From the human T2T-CHM13v2.0 reference genome, Homo sapiens: a stretch of 64,000 nucleotides of DNA. Within the stretch, counting starts at the first letter, position 1. Each line of letters starts with the position of its first letter. The DNA lies in assembly GCF_009914755.1 (NCBI RefSeq), contig NC_060926.1, one strand, 5' to 3'. A model generated the notes under the pieces. That model saw only the letters and a list, made by a program, of their open reading frames with translations. It was not told where the DNA came from and did no database searches. The position numbers were made by a program, and so were the translations under genes. Of the stretch, positions 1 to 12,930 are shown one piece after another.

Positions 1-243
1 TGCCATGAGTCCTATGGGAATAACTTCTCTTTAAGTTCCTTCAAAAACCTACTATAGTTCTATATTGGCCTTCAAGGTCCTTGGAGTTAGATTTGTGTCT
101 TTATTACATGAATCAAGAGGCAGAGGCAGCCTCAAGGAAACCCAGACATTTCAGTTTACAAATAATTGGAAGTGTCTGGACTGCCTCACTGCTCTGTGTT
201 TCTGGTGGGATTTTGGGATTGGCACTGAGCTTCATCAATATTG
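1..243 (+). repeat. Copy A of a local 243+ bp direct duplication (continues off the window's left edge)
   Basis: Ungapped match to 1155-1397 at offset 1154; about 21 mismatches in 243 nt by manual count (~91%). Confidence 0.95.
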
Positions 244-289
244 ATCAGTGGAGTGACTTTAAACAAATATATACATTGGCTCATTCTGA

Positions 290-430
290 GCTCTCAAAAA
301 ATCATAGGTTGTCAGAATTGGAAGGCATCTTGGAAATCACTTAGCATTTTACAGACGAAGAAGTTGAGATCACAATGGAATGTTAATAATATCACACAAC
401 TTCGGTTTAATAGCCTTAATGGAGTTGAAC
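290..430. mobile_element. MIR SINE fragment
   Basis: Degenerate MIR core: 'cattttacagacgaagaagttgagatcacaa...atcacacaac'. Confidence 0.55.
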
Positions 431-440
431 AAGAAACTCT

Positions 441-720
441 GTGTCTGTTAAGACTCTTTTGGTTGCAAACAACAAAAACTGCTTCTAGCTAACTTAAAAA
501 AAAGGGAAGATTTAGTAGAAAACACAGGAGAGACTCACAGATCCAAGGAAGTGCAGAACACCAAGCTGTGGGAGGACAGGACAAGGCAGACGTTGAGGTC
601 TTTTCCTCAGGGTACACCCACTGATTGCCTTCAGTGGCTGGGTTTTTGGACTCATAGTAATCATGCAGTTCTTTAAAAATAGTTTTGTCTCCTTTTTAAA
701 ATCTTCAACTGGAAGCATTT
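441..720 (-). mobile_element. Old MaLR LTR fragment (MLT1K/L-like)
   Basis: 'gttaagactctttttggttgcaaacaacaaaaac...ctagctaactt' resembles the reverse-complemented 3' terminus of old MLT1 LTRs. Confidence 0.5.
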
Positions 721-823
721 TAAAGAATCGAAAATGCTACAATGATTCTTATCTGTTCAAAACAGAACTTTTTTGATGACAAAGATAGTTTTTGCCACTT
801 TGTGGATTAAATATATTAAGAAC

Positions 824-1490
824 TTTATGGACTAAATGTTTGTGTCCCACCAAAATTCATATGTTGGAGCTCTAACCCTCAATACAATGGTAGTTGGAGA
901 TGAGGCCTTTGGGAGGGAATTAGGGTTAAATAAGGTCACGAAGGTGGGATCCTCATGACCGCATTAGTGTCTTCACAAGAAGAGAGACTTCCGAGAGCAT
1001 TCTCTTTCTTTCTCTGTGCCGTGAGAGGACTCAGAGAGAAGGTGGCCATCTGTAACAAGGAAGAAAGCTCTCATCAGGAACAGAATGTGCTGCACCATGT
1101 TCTTGGACTTCTTGGGGAAAAGGGATATCTTCAAAAAAGACTTTCAAGAAATCTTGCCATGGGTCCTATGGGAGTAATTTCTCTTTAAGTTCCTTCAAAA
1201 GCCTACTATAATCCTACATTGTTCTTCAAGGTCCTTGTGATTAGATTTGTGTCTTTATTACATGAGTGGAGGGGCAGAGGCAGCCTCAAGGGAACCCAGA
1301 CATTTCAGTTTACAAATAATTGGCAGTGTCTGGACTGCCTCACTGCTCTGTGTTTCTGGTGGGATTTTGGGATTGGCACTGAGCTTCACTGATATTGCAG
1401 GCTGTGGGTGGAATGATCAGTAGGAATCCACCCACAGCCTGCAGTATGGGTGTGGGTGGAATGATCAGAACTATGAGAAATAAATTTCTG
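824..1490 (+). mobile_element. MLT1A-like LTR, interrupted at ~1112-1465 by a templated insertion
   Basis: Starts 'ttatggactaaatgtttgtgtcccaccaaaattcatatgttgg'; breaks after 'tcttggacttc' (1111) and resumes with 'cagaactatgagaaataaatttctg' (1466-1490), the expected continuation. Confidence 0.85.
1155..1397 (+). repeat. Copy B of the local duplication, inside the MLT1A LTR
   Basis: Direct match to 1-243, including a 64-nt identical run (171-234 = 1325-1388). Confidence 0.95.
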
Positions 1491-2129
1491 AAATTGGTTA
1501 TGTGAAAGGGGCACTCTGGTCAATTTAGTGGTTAAACTGCAGGCCCACTGATGCTAAGGGAGTTAAGGAACTAGTACTCAGGCTCTCATCCAAGTGGCTG
1601 AGGGACTTGCTAGTTCTCTGACCTGAGTTTTGCTCACTCCTTGCTTGCTCAGCAGGACGACAATTTACACCTGGGGACGATGTCGATTTTCTGGTCTCTG
1701 TGATCAGTTGGGCCAGCAGGTGTGATCGAGTGTGCAGTGTGTCTACACTCGACCTATCAGCCCTTCAGAGGGACAGAAGCTTCTCAGCTGGATCCTCCCT
1801 GCAGGTGCTGGGCCACAGAGGAGGCAGGCAGTGCAGCACGGAGTCCTTCCCACTTTCATCTTGGGGGCTGTGCCTCTGCTATGATTCCCCTGAACTTTTT
1901 AATATATTTTTTAAATTTTTTATTGATACCTAACAGATATAAATATTTTGGGGCTACATGTGATATTTTGATATTTATATAGTGTGTAAAAACAGACTCT
2001 CCACTGAACTTCTACATTAGCTTCATAATTTGTCTATCTGCCTCTGGCTTCTCCCCAGTCAATGCAATTGTTAATACTGTCATATCCTTTATGTCTTCCT
2101 GATCATGTTGGGTTTTTTTAAAGTGAGAA

Positions 2130-2865
2130 TTAAAAAAAAAACACTTTAATTGTGGTAAAATAGAGATAACATAACATTTGCCATCTTAATCATTTTTAAG
2201 TGTTATAAGTTTAGTGATGTTGAGCATATAGTAAGTCCTTACTTAATGTCCTTGGTAGGTTCTTGGAAACTGACTTTAGTAAAAGACAGGCTCTTAGACA
2301 CTGCGACTTTAAGCAAAAGACATACAGAAGGTCCTCAAATAATGTCGTTTCCTTCAACATCCTTAAAACAGGGATAAGGAAAAAATGGCTTTGTTATACA
2401 TAGTTTCCCTTAAAGTTGCAGTTCCCAAGAACCTATTGATGAGGTTAAGCGAGGACTTCTCTATTCACATTGTTGTGCAACCAATCTCCAGAACTGTTTC
2501 CATCTTGTGAAGCTGAAACTGTGACCATTCAACAACTCCCAATTCCTTCTGCCTTCAGCTCCAGACAATCACCATTCCATTCTCTAATTTTGATTACTCT
2601 CAGTACCTCATAGGAATGGAATAATGACTACAGTATTTATCTTTTAGTGATTGGCTTCTTTCACTTAGCATAATGTCTTCAAGGTTGATGCATATGTTAT
2701 GGCATGTGTCATGAATTCCTTCTCTTTTAAGGCTCACTAATATTCCGTTGTGTGGATGTGCCGTATTTTGTTTATCCATCATCTGTCGATGGACTTGGGT
2801 TGCCTCTGATTTTTGGCTATTATGAATAATGCTGCTATTCACATGAGTGTACATGCCAACAGTGT
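2130..2865 (-). mobile_element. L1M (L1MB-like) 3' end, interrupted by MER6
   Basis: Typical L1M 3' UTR reverse complement ('ttcacattgttgtgcaacc', 'ggcttctttcacttagcataatgtcttcaagg', 'aataatgctgct'); ORF 2600..3019 contains an L1-like 'NLEDIMLSERSQ'. Confidence 0.85.
2229..2461. mobile_element. MER6B-like TcMar-Tigger MITE
   Basis: Terminal inverted repeats 'agtaagtccttacttaa...aggttcttgg' / 'ccaagaacct...ttaagcgaggactt', flanked by TA on both sides. Confidence 0.8.
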
Positions 2866-3695
2866 AATTTTTTTGCGTTAAGTCATATCTCCTGGGCTCA
2901 CCCCTACCTTTCTTGCATCTAGGGAGCAACATCATGGTAGATTTCCCTACAGATTTCCATCCAGAGGGACCAGAGGAGTTTCTGTTCCACAGGGACATTC
3001 CATGTAGTTTCACCTGCACTGTTTATCCCATTTCCTGCAACTCACCACCATTTTTTTCAAGGGGAGTCTGTGAATTGTTTCCCAGAGTTTTGCTTCTCGA
3101 CTTTCTCCCCCTTGTTCACTTCTGGGGGAATCGAGCGGGATCCTGAGTGTGTAATGAAGGGAAAAGCTGCCTAAGATTCTCTCATAAGGAAAACAGTCAG
3201 AGCAACAGAAGAACTACTCAGCAAAGGAGGCCCTAGTGGCTTCTGAGTGGGGGAGTCAAGGTAGATAAGGGAGGTATGAAACTTCTGGCTCCTTCAGCTC
3301 TCTTGGATTGGAGAAACGTGACCAATTGTTAGGAAAGGCAGGCCCAGGAATGTGCATGGGCTGGGCATCAGAATGACTTGCTGTATACATATGAAGAAAG
3401 AAGGGACTAGGAGAGGGGAGTGTTGGGGTGTGGGACCTGCATGCATGTGGGGTGGGGGAAGAGGAAACAGTATCTGAAGCTATTTTTGGGAAGTTTTGTG
3501 GGTGCTCAGATGTGTAAAGAAGATGCTCTTCTCCCCTCTTAAAGACCTGCATTTTTCCTTAATGCCACTGTGATCCACTTTACATTTCCTTTGACTGTGA
3601 CTCCATGCAGAGGCTGGTCCACGTGAGGTTCTCCAGGGATTATTGAAGTTCAATGTTGATTCTTTGGTTACCTGTCTTTGATCAACATTTCCTTA

Positions 3696-4256
<561 letters not shown>

Positions 4257-5469
4257 TCACTCAGTTTTTTCCTATATTCCGTGTTATAAACACATGACTA
4301 TTTCTTCTAATTATAAAGTATAATATTTTCTGTACTGTATTTTTATAAGCAGTTAGCTTGAGAAACATTTCCTTACTGTTGGCCTGGTATTTGAGATCAC
4401 ATATACCAAATGCTACTAAAGGAAATCTATTCTCATTGGCAGAGAAACCCTGTAAGACTTGGGAGAAGGATTTAGGATACAGAACTGGAATGAACCCCGG
4501 GGTTCCCACATTTTTCTGTGCCCTTAACTGCTGCCTTCTGCACCACATGTTCTCTCTGTGCAATGCTCCCTTCACAAAAGCCACAAGGCATTTTCTCTGC
4601 TCTTTTGAAAGAGGTATCTGTGGATCAAACCTTGGCAATCACTTACCTGGATTCTACCATGAATTCCCATTAGTATGTCCTTTGAGATACAAAAGATTCC
4701 CTTCACTAGCTTCCTGGCCTCCATGTCTAGCCATCATTTTGAACTATTTGTTTGATTTCAGGGCTGACTGGTCACCGGAAATGTTGTTTCCATTAAAGCA
4801 AGTAATTTCAAGCTTGCAACATTTAATAATTATTGAATTCTTCCATTCAGAAAAATCTCCCTAGGATACAACTATTAGATCAGGAGAAGGCAGCTTTAGA
4901 AAAGCTGACATCTATAAAGCCATGCATTTGTGGGAGTCAGGCCATCTTATGAAAAAGTTTAGACAGGCATATAAATGCTTTCTCACTTGGTGAGGAATCT
5001 GACTTCAGCCCCCTCATTCTGTTTGACAGTTATATGTGTTTAGTTATCGTTAGTAGCCTTGGTGGAACTTTGAGATTACTTTGTTTTCTACTAATGCCCA
5101 ATAAGTTTTGGAGATGTTTCCCCTGTCAATTTTATCCCTATATCAGATAGACTGATAAAGGGTGGTAAATGTTACTTTATTTCATTATTTCCTTGCCCCC
5201 ATACGTACACTTACTAAGTATTTTATTTAGATAATTGTAGGCCACATGTTAGTCATCCATTACATCCTTCCTTTGATTTCTTCCTTCTACTATTCATGAT
5301 TGAGTAACAGTAAGAATCTCTTTTGTTATTGAATATTTGACTGACTAACAAACTTTATTGAGCAATACAGTCATTGTAGATTTTGCATCCCCATGCATGT
5401 TTTCTTTTCGCCAGTTCTTTTGGTGGACAAAACCATGTCTCTTTTATCTTTCTTTTGGAAAACCAATTC

Positions 5470-6255
5470 ATAGGCTCTGCTGGGGCTAATACTTCCACTT
5501 GTCAGTCACAGGAGACTGCAATGATCAAGGCTCTTGAGTCTGCTACGATTTGAATGTGTCCCCCCAGTTTCATGTGTTGGAAACTTAATCGCCAAATTCA
5601 TATGTTGATGGTGTATGGAGGTGGGATTTTGGAGAGGTAATTAGGATTAGATAAAGTCATCAGGGTAGGCCCCCATGATGGGGATTGGTGGCTTTATAAG
5701 AAGAGGAAGAGAGACTTGAGCTGACATGCTCTTACTCCCTCGCCATGTGTTGCCTTCTGCCATATTAAGATGCAGTCAGAAGACCCTCACCAGATGTGAC
5801 CCCTTGACCTTGGATATCCTACCTAGTCTTCGGGGCTGTAAAATATATATACATATATTTTAAATAAATCACCCAGTCAGTGGTATGCTGTTACAGCAAC
5901 AGAAAATTGACTAAGATAGAGTCTTTTCCGAGCCTTTTGCAAAGACAAACAGGAGAGAGGCAGAGTTCTTTTTCTTCCTAGGATCATTGGTTGTAACGAT
6001 GACATAAGCTGAAATTGCTGGTTGCCACCATGTGGGGAAAGTGTGCCTGAGAATAAATCAAGACAGAAAAGCGAAGCTGAGAGGTGGAGAATAGGGATTT
6101 TCTTAATGCCATCATTGAACCCTTTCATCTTGACACACGTAAGTCAGCTGTATCCCTTGCATTTTCAGCTATGTGGGAAATACATTCCATCTTTTGTATA
6201 CACTAGCATGAGGTGGGTTTCTGTCATTTGCAATTGAAAGTGTCCTGAGAGATAT
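5470..6255 (+). mobile_element. Old MLT1 (J/K-like) LTR, split by an MST LTR
   Basis: 3' end 'tgggtttctgtcatttgcaattgaaagtgtcctga' and 'gccaccatgtggggaaagtgtgcctgagaat' are MLT1-like; left boundary uncertain. Confidence 0.6.
5541..5918 (+). mobile_element. MaLR solo LTR (MSTC/MSTD/MLT1A1-like)
   Basis: Runs 'tgctacgatttgaatgtgtccccc' to 'gactaagata'; perfect 5-bp TSD gagtc (5536-5540, 5919-5923). Confidence 0.9.
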
Positions 6256-6438
6256 AACTTCTAGTCATTTTATCCATGAAAATTTCTCTTTATTTGGTTT
6301 GATCACCTGTGTAATTTACTTCTGTATCCTTTGACACCAGCTAGTCCTGCGGTCTGCAGAGAGTGGACAATGGATACCTCCTTTGCATGTGGGGGAAGTA
6401 AGCAGGTGATTTTCAGAGAGATGAGGAAGTCTCCTAAC

Positions 6439-6772
6439 ATGGTCACCAGACAAAATACAGAATTCCCAGTTAAAGTTGAATTTCAGATAACTAAAAATAT
6501 TTTAGTATAATTTTTATGTCCTATGTAATATGTGGGACATATGTATACCAAAAAATTTATTGCTTATCTGAAATTCTAATTTAAGTGTCTTGTATTTATT
6601 CATCTAATTTAGGCTCATCAAATAACCATATTTTAAGAATGCACTTAAAATAGTATTGTGAGGTTCCTAAATTTAGGAGAGCATCTTCCCTGAGTAATTT
6701 TTTATACATAGAGTCTAAAATTCAGATTTAACTGGGCTTTCTGTATTTTGATTTGCTGAATCTGGCAACCAT
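6439..6772. mobile_element. MER53-like hAT MITE with an extra internal segment
   Basis: 'ccagacaaaatacagaattcccagttaaagttgaatttcagataa' is the inverted partner of 'aaattcagatttaactgggctttctgtattttgatttgctgaatctggcaacc'; palindromic centre 'tgtcctatgtaatatgtgggacat'. Confidence 0.75.
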
Positions 6773-6997
6773 ATCCTCTATCCACTCCAGTTGTTTTTCT
6801 GATCCAGACATGGTATCTAAATTGTAGTCTCTAAGAGCCATCCTGTTTGCCAGCTTCATGGGTCAAAGGAGAAATGTCTGGGTTTGGGCCTCTTTGATGA
6901 GCACCCTTTGCACCAGATACGGGTATTTGTAGGTGAGGGACACTACAGAAAGCAGGGCAATTCCATGGCTGTGTGAGAGGAGAAGGGAACTCAGGAG

Positions 6998-7220
6998 AAT
7001 TAACATTTACTGAGGATCTCTTGCTTGTCAGTCACTAAGGAGAAGCTTTGTGTCCATTGACTCATTTAATCATTATGACGGGTCTGTGAAATAGATTTTA
7101 TCTATGCCCATTTGAAAAATAAGGAAACTGAGACTCAGAGAGTTGAAGTAATTAGCCCAAAAAGATATAGCTAGGAAATAGTACCAGGTTCATCTGATTT
7201 TCAGCCCATGCTCTTTCTAC
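6998..7220. mobile_element. MIR
   Basis: 'ctcatttaatc...aaggaaactgagactcagagagttgaagtaattagccc' MIR core. Confidence 0.8.
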
Positions 7221-7439
7221 AGGTTCAGTTTTCTGGGTAGAGAACAGCCCCTGGTGTCTGTGAGCAGAGTGGGATGTTGCCAGGGCACTGAGAAAGAGCC
7301 AGCAGAGGGACAGTGGCTGCCTATGTCTGTAGCCTTTGTACCAGAGACTCTGTGACCTTCATTCTCTGCCTGCACCTAGCTGAGTGGATGGACATTTTGA
7401 CCAAGGTTGTCTTTTGTGCCTTTCCTTGGGATAGCTAAT

Positions 7440-7985
7440 AAAGCAAATCGGATGGGCCTCAAACAAATGGAAAATGTTCAAGATCACTCATCATGAGAGA
7501 AATGGAAATTAAAATACCACAAGATACCATTTCTCACCTATCAGATTAGCAAAGATTAAAAGTCTAATAATACAACCTGTTAGCAAGACTGTATAGAAAC
7601 AGGTGCTATCACACAGTTGCTAGTGGGCGCACAAACTGGTTTCACTCATCTGGAGGAGAATCTGGCAATAAACCCTTCAGACTATCTATGCAGTTACCTT
7701 TTGATCCAGCAGTCTCACTTCTAGGAATCTACCCTGAGCTATTTCAATATTAGGAAAATGCATATGCACCAGTTTCTTCACTGCAACATTGTTTGCAATT
7801 GCAAAATATTGGTCTGTAGTCCAGTTAACAGCATTGTAGCAACATTGATTTCCTGGGTTTATAATTTTAATATGGTTATGTAAGATGTTAACATTAGCGC
7901 AAGCTGGGCAAAATGTACTATTTTGTAGAATTTTACCACTTTTCTGTAAGTTTAAATTATGTTGAGCTAAGAGTTCAAACAAAAA
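7440..7985 (+). mobile_element. Old L1M (L1MC/ME-like) fragment
   Basis: 'gaaatggaaattaaaataccacaagataccatttctcacctatcagattagcaaag' and 'ttttgatccagcagtctcacttctaggaatctaccc' match the L1 ORF2 end / 3' UTR. Confidence 0.8.
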
Positions 7986-9254
7986 CAATGACATAATTAA
8001 CAAAGCTATTTTCTCATCACCTGATGTGGGGCATGAAGACTGGGCTGGATTAACAGTGAATGGTCACAACTGCCCAAGTCTGTCCTCTTTGGTCTAGCAT
8101 ATTCTGGAGAATGGGGTAGGGCTGGCCAACACTGGATTGTCAGAAATCTCAGCCACGGGAAAAGGGAGTGGAGGGGTACAGATAGTCACAGCTACATCCT
8201 TACTTCACTGAGCAGTGCATTCTTGTATGTGAAAACTTGTCCAGACAGCTGGTGTCCACTGTTCAAATTGGGTCTATGAAGGATGTCCTTGGAAACCGTT
8301 CCATTACTTTAAAGTTTCATTTCATGTGTGTGAGAGATTTACTGTCTTTTCCCAAATCACTGGTTATTTGGATTGTATATTCAAACACCTTGAACTATGT
8401 GACCTTTCTCTTTATGTGGTATTTTCAATTCTACAAATAGAAAAGCTATGAAATGCTTAAGATGAGGAATCAGTTCTGTCTCCTAAACGACTTGCTCAAA
8501 ATTGCAAGTTTCCCATTTTTAAAAGATTGTAAAGTTGACAAATGCATCAGAGTGTCCTTAGTCAAAATGACTTAGGTGTCTCCTAACAGTTTTATCGTTT
8601 CTAATTTACACTTTATAGGAAAACACAGATTAGCTGCTTGTTATTTGCCATTCTAAATTATTTTACCAGAGCATGGGTTTCAGTGATACCTCACCAAAAT
8701 ATGAAACCCTTGATCCAGTGGAGATAGAATGAATTAATGGGTGTTTGGGGAATGTTTTAACCATGCAGTGTCCTGTGCACTCTACTGACAGCTTCCTGGG
8801 GTCAACTCAGGGGCAGGGTGGGTTCAGTCAAGGAGTTCCTCCTTGCAGTGTGGTGGTGCATCTGCCTCGAACACCTGCGTGAGATGGAGTCCATGATAAG
8901 GCTGATAATTCACTTAATTGCCCCAGTAACCCTGTTAAGGCTCAGAGACATGCAGTGTCTTTCCCAAGTCACAAAGCTAATAAATAGTGGAGCTGGAGTT
9001 TGAGTCTGCCTTGCTCCAAGTCCAGAGTACCTTTTACTGAGCACACTACCCAGGTGAGAGAGACTACTTCGGCCAACTCTGACACTTTGCTGAGGCCGGG
9101 CTCTGCCTATGCTTGGGGTGACAATAGCAGGTGCCCTCCTTTCTGTCAGTGCATGCACCTCATCTCTAAAAGCTGGAGCTGCTTTCCGTCATTCCCTCTC
9201 AAGCTCTACAATGCTTTCCTATGCATAGAAATCATTGTGAAAGAAACCTCATCT

Positions 9255-9626
<372 letters not shown>

Positions 9627-9714
9627 TCACCTTTCCAACTAAGAACCCCATGACCCTGAGGGTGGGAAATGCCAAGTATTTTCCTCCCCGCTTTTTTTTT
9701 TTGAGGGAAGCTTC

Positions 9715-9950
9715 AATTTGTGTTTTGAAAAGAGCACGGTCTTGGAGTCACACCAGAGTGTGTATTCAGTCTCACTGCTGAGTCTCTGTGGATAAGAGGA
9801 TTCACCTCTTCATACCGCGTTTTTTTTTTTAATAAAGAAAGCGGGGATGGCCGTACCTTTCTTAGAACTATTGTGAGGATTTAATGACATAACAGAAACA
9901 GCATCTAGCATGTAGTAGGCATTGAATAAGTGGCTGTTATTATTTTGACA
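9715..9950. mobile_element. MIR
   Basis: 'gaaaagagcacggtcttggagtcac...ttgtgaggatttaatga...tagcatgtagtaggcattgaataa'. Confidence 0.7.
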
Positions 9951-10514
9951 AGCACTGCTAATTCTCAACATAACATTTTCCCCATATATCCCCTCTATAG
10001 GGCTCAGTCTATTTCTAACGAAGAAGAACAGAGTTGCAAAACATGCTGCCTTTTAGAATCACTTTTATTTCTAGAGGACAGAAACTCTGCCAAGGAGGAA
10101 AATGGAAGTTATCCCAGGCTTTTGTGTGGGTTTTATTTGTATGCAAAAGCTAGCAAGTCTTATTTGTTCAGAAGATGAATTTCATTCTAATGATGCCAAA
10201 GAATCTTCTAAAATTTCATAATTGCCATTCCTAGTGTGCTCCAAGCTGAAAGACAACAAAAGAATTAGGTGGCCAGTTCAGATTGGATTTGAGGAGGGAT
10301 GTGCATTTGAAAATGCTTCAGCTGCTCCTGCATCATCCTAGTCTACTGAGACGTGCAGATGAGTTACACCGAGGAGTCAGCAGCATCAGCCCAGTGTTGC
10401 CCAGCCAGGGTACTGGGGATGGTGAGAGGATGTGGGTCAGGCCTGAGGAGGTACCTAGCTTGAGTGCCCTGGCCACTCTCCTAGATCTGCCTTTTGTTAC
10501 CTATACATGCAAAT

Positions 10515-10730
10515 GCGTGGAGCACTTGACAACCTGCCAAGCATTTTTTTTACACTTTTTGTCTCATGTAACTCTCTTAAAAATCCTTGAAAACAGATAT
10601 GGCCAATGTTATTATCCTACCTTATAGATGAGGAAACTGAGATTCAGAAGTCCCAAACACACAGCTGGTAAAAGGCAGAGTCTGGAGTTGAATTCATGGC
10701 ACCCAACTCTAAAAATACTCATCTTCCCTC
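10515..10730. mobile_element. MIR
   Basis: 'ttatagatgaggaaactgagattcagaag...cacacagctggtaaaaggcagagtctggagttgaa'. Confidence 0.8.
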
Positions 10731-12641
10731 TAGATTTATATGCCTATTATGGTACAATATAATTATCCAAGTTTGGATTAGTGATGCTCTTTTTTTTTTT
10801 TTTAGGCAGTCATGTAATACTGTGTAAATCACCAAAGCCTAAGGTTTTTACTCTGGGGATTTGGCACAATGATGATAACTGGGTACATTCTAGGGATTCA
10901 GCCTCCATCATCACAGACAGTAAAAGTCTCAGGGGGTGTGGCAGGGCCCTCTGCATTTCCTCCTCTGCCATTCTTTTTCTTCTTCTTCTTCTGTGTGGAA
11001 CCACACAGAACTAACAATCATGGAGTGTAAGCTGAGACAGAAGAAGAGAAGATGATCCCGACCCAGAGGCTCTACAGTGGGAGGAGCTGGGTCGTGGGAG
11101 GGAGGCTCCTGCCTTCTGCGGAAGTCTTTAGTTCTTGAACAATGCAGAGATCACTTTTCAATATCCAAAGCAGTTTGCATGGTGTTTCTCAATTTCAGCA
11201 GTATACAAGCCACTTTTAAAGAAAAAAATCATTCTTGAGGATCTCTAGGACACTTACATTGTTTTTATTTTAGTTACTTGAATACATAAAACATGAAAAT
11301 TGTTGTAAATTTTTAAGCTTATAGCTCTTATGCAACAATAAAATGAGATTAAACAAGATATTGTTTAATTTCTGATGATCTAAAACAATTAATGAAAGGA
11401 TATTCTGAGTTGCTTGCTCCCAAATTTCAGTGCCCTCATGTGAGGCAGAGTTATGAATGAATGCAAACAAGGGTCCAGTAATGTTTTCAGTAATGTTTTG
11501 GCACAGTTACTCAAACAGAGAATAACTGAGAGAATTCAGTTCCCACATGGCGCCAGGTGGTAAATGCATCGGATCGACGTCAGGGCATATCTGTTCTAGA
11601 GTCACTGAGAGGGGCCTGTGACTGATGATGAAGGAGAAATGATCAGTCTATAAATACCTGTCGGTTGCCTGGGATGACAGAAACCATCTGCCCTACCTTA
11701 TTCTTCTTCTGGTTAACTCTTATTCATCCTTCAAAACACAGCTCAGTTGTCCACAACTCCAGGGAGCGTTTCCCAGATGCTTCCATGTGGTCAGCCTTTT
11801 GCTTCTCCTGTAGGACCTCTTGGATCACTTTTCTTCCCGAATACCTTGCTGGGCCTAATGGCCCCAATGGGTAAGACACTCTTCTCTTTATTGTCCTGTC
11901 CTTGTATTTCCCACAACACCACCAACATAAAGCTAAAATGTAATAGGTTTTACTAAACACTTAGGATAACAAGACTGTAATATTGAAGCTGGAGTTTAAA
12001 TATTGCACTTCTATCCACAGGAAAAAGAGAAAGGTTAATATTTTCACAGAGACCCCCTCATGGGTGCACCCCAGATGTTGCCTTATTTTTTCTGTCTCCT
12101 AGAGAAAGCCTTTTCTTCTATCCTTCACAGTATAAATCTCTACCACCTTGAAGGAAACCACCCTTCTTTGCTCATATAAGTTGGTTTTGTCCAAGCATCT
12201 GTCCTTGCGAGCTCCTCTGACACAGGCCAGCCATGGACAAAATGTTTTTTAACAGTTCATTGTCCAAATGTGGTTGTGTGATGGGGAAAAGGTCTTGGCT
12301 CACTGACTCTGCTTTGAGGTCCTTACTAGTGCGAGACGAAGTTGGGGCGTGCTCTTCCTGCGGCCTGCCAGCCACCTGAGGACAACTCATTGACGCAGAG
12401 CCATATCTGGATGCAGACACGCGCACACCTGCCCCAAGCACATGCACGGATATTTGCAGGCAGTTCAAACTAACTCTAGGTCAAGGATGAGAACTGTTTT
12501 CCTAAAGGTGATATAATTTGCAATATTTTTTCTTCCCATCCTGCTGCTTTTAAGTTCACCCACAGGAAGCTTTTTGCTTTTTTTTTTTTTCCCTGTGCCT
12601 AAGAAGTGGGAGGTCCCTTACAGTGCACCACCCCCACCACC

Positions 12642-12930
12642 TTCTTTTAGAGTGAGTTTTGGTCTTCTGCCCAGGCTGGAGTACAGTGGCGTGATCTTGG
12701 CTCACTGCAACTTCCGTCTCCTGGGTTCAAGTGATTCTCCTGCCTCAGCCTCCTGAGCAGCTGGGATTACAGTCGCATGCCACCATGCCTGGCTAATTTT
12801 TTGTAAGTTTAGTAGAGACGGGGTTTCACCATGTTGACCGGGCTGGTCTCAAACTCGTAGGCTCAAGTGATCCACCTGCCTTGGCCTCCCAAAGTGTTGG
12901 GATTACAGGCGTGAGCCATGGCGCCTGGCC
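12642..12930 (-). mobile_element. Alu (AluS/J-like)
   Basis: Reverse-complement Alu ending 'gcgcctggcc'; TSD 'cc(c/t)ttac(a/g)gtgc' at 12615-12626 and 12931-12942. Confidence 0.95.

Noticed and set aside
3400-3460. G-rich tract with G-quadruplex potential
   Set aside because: Such tracts are frequent in primate DNA and nothing here suggests function.
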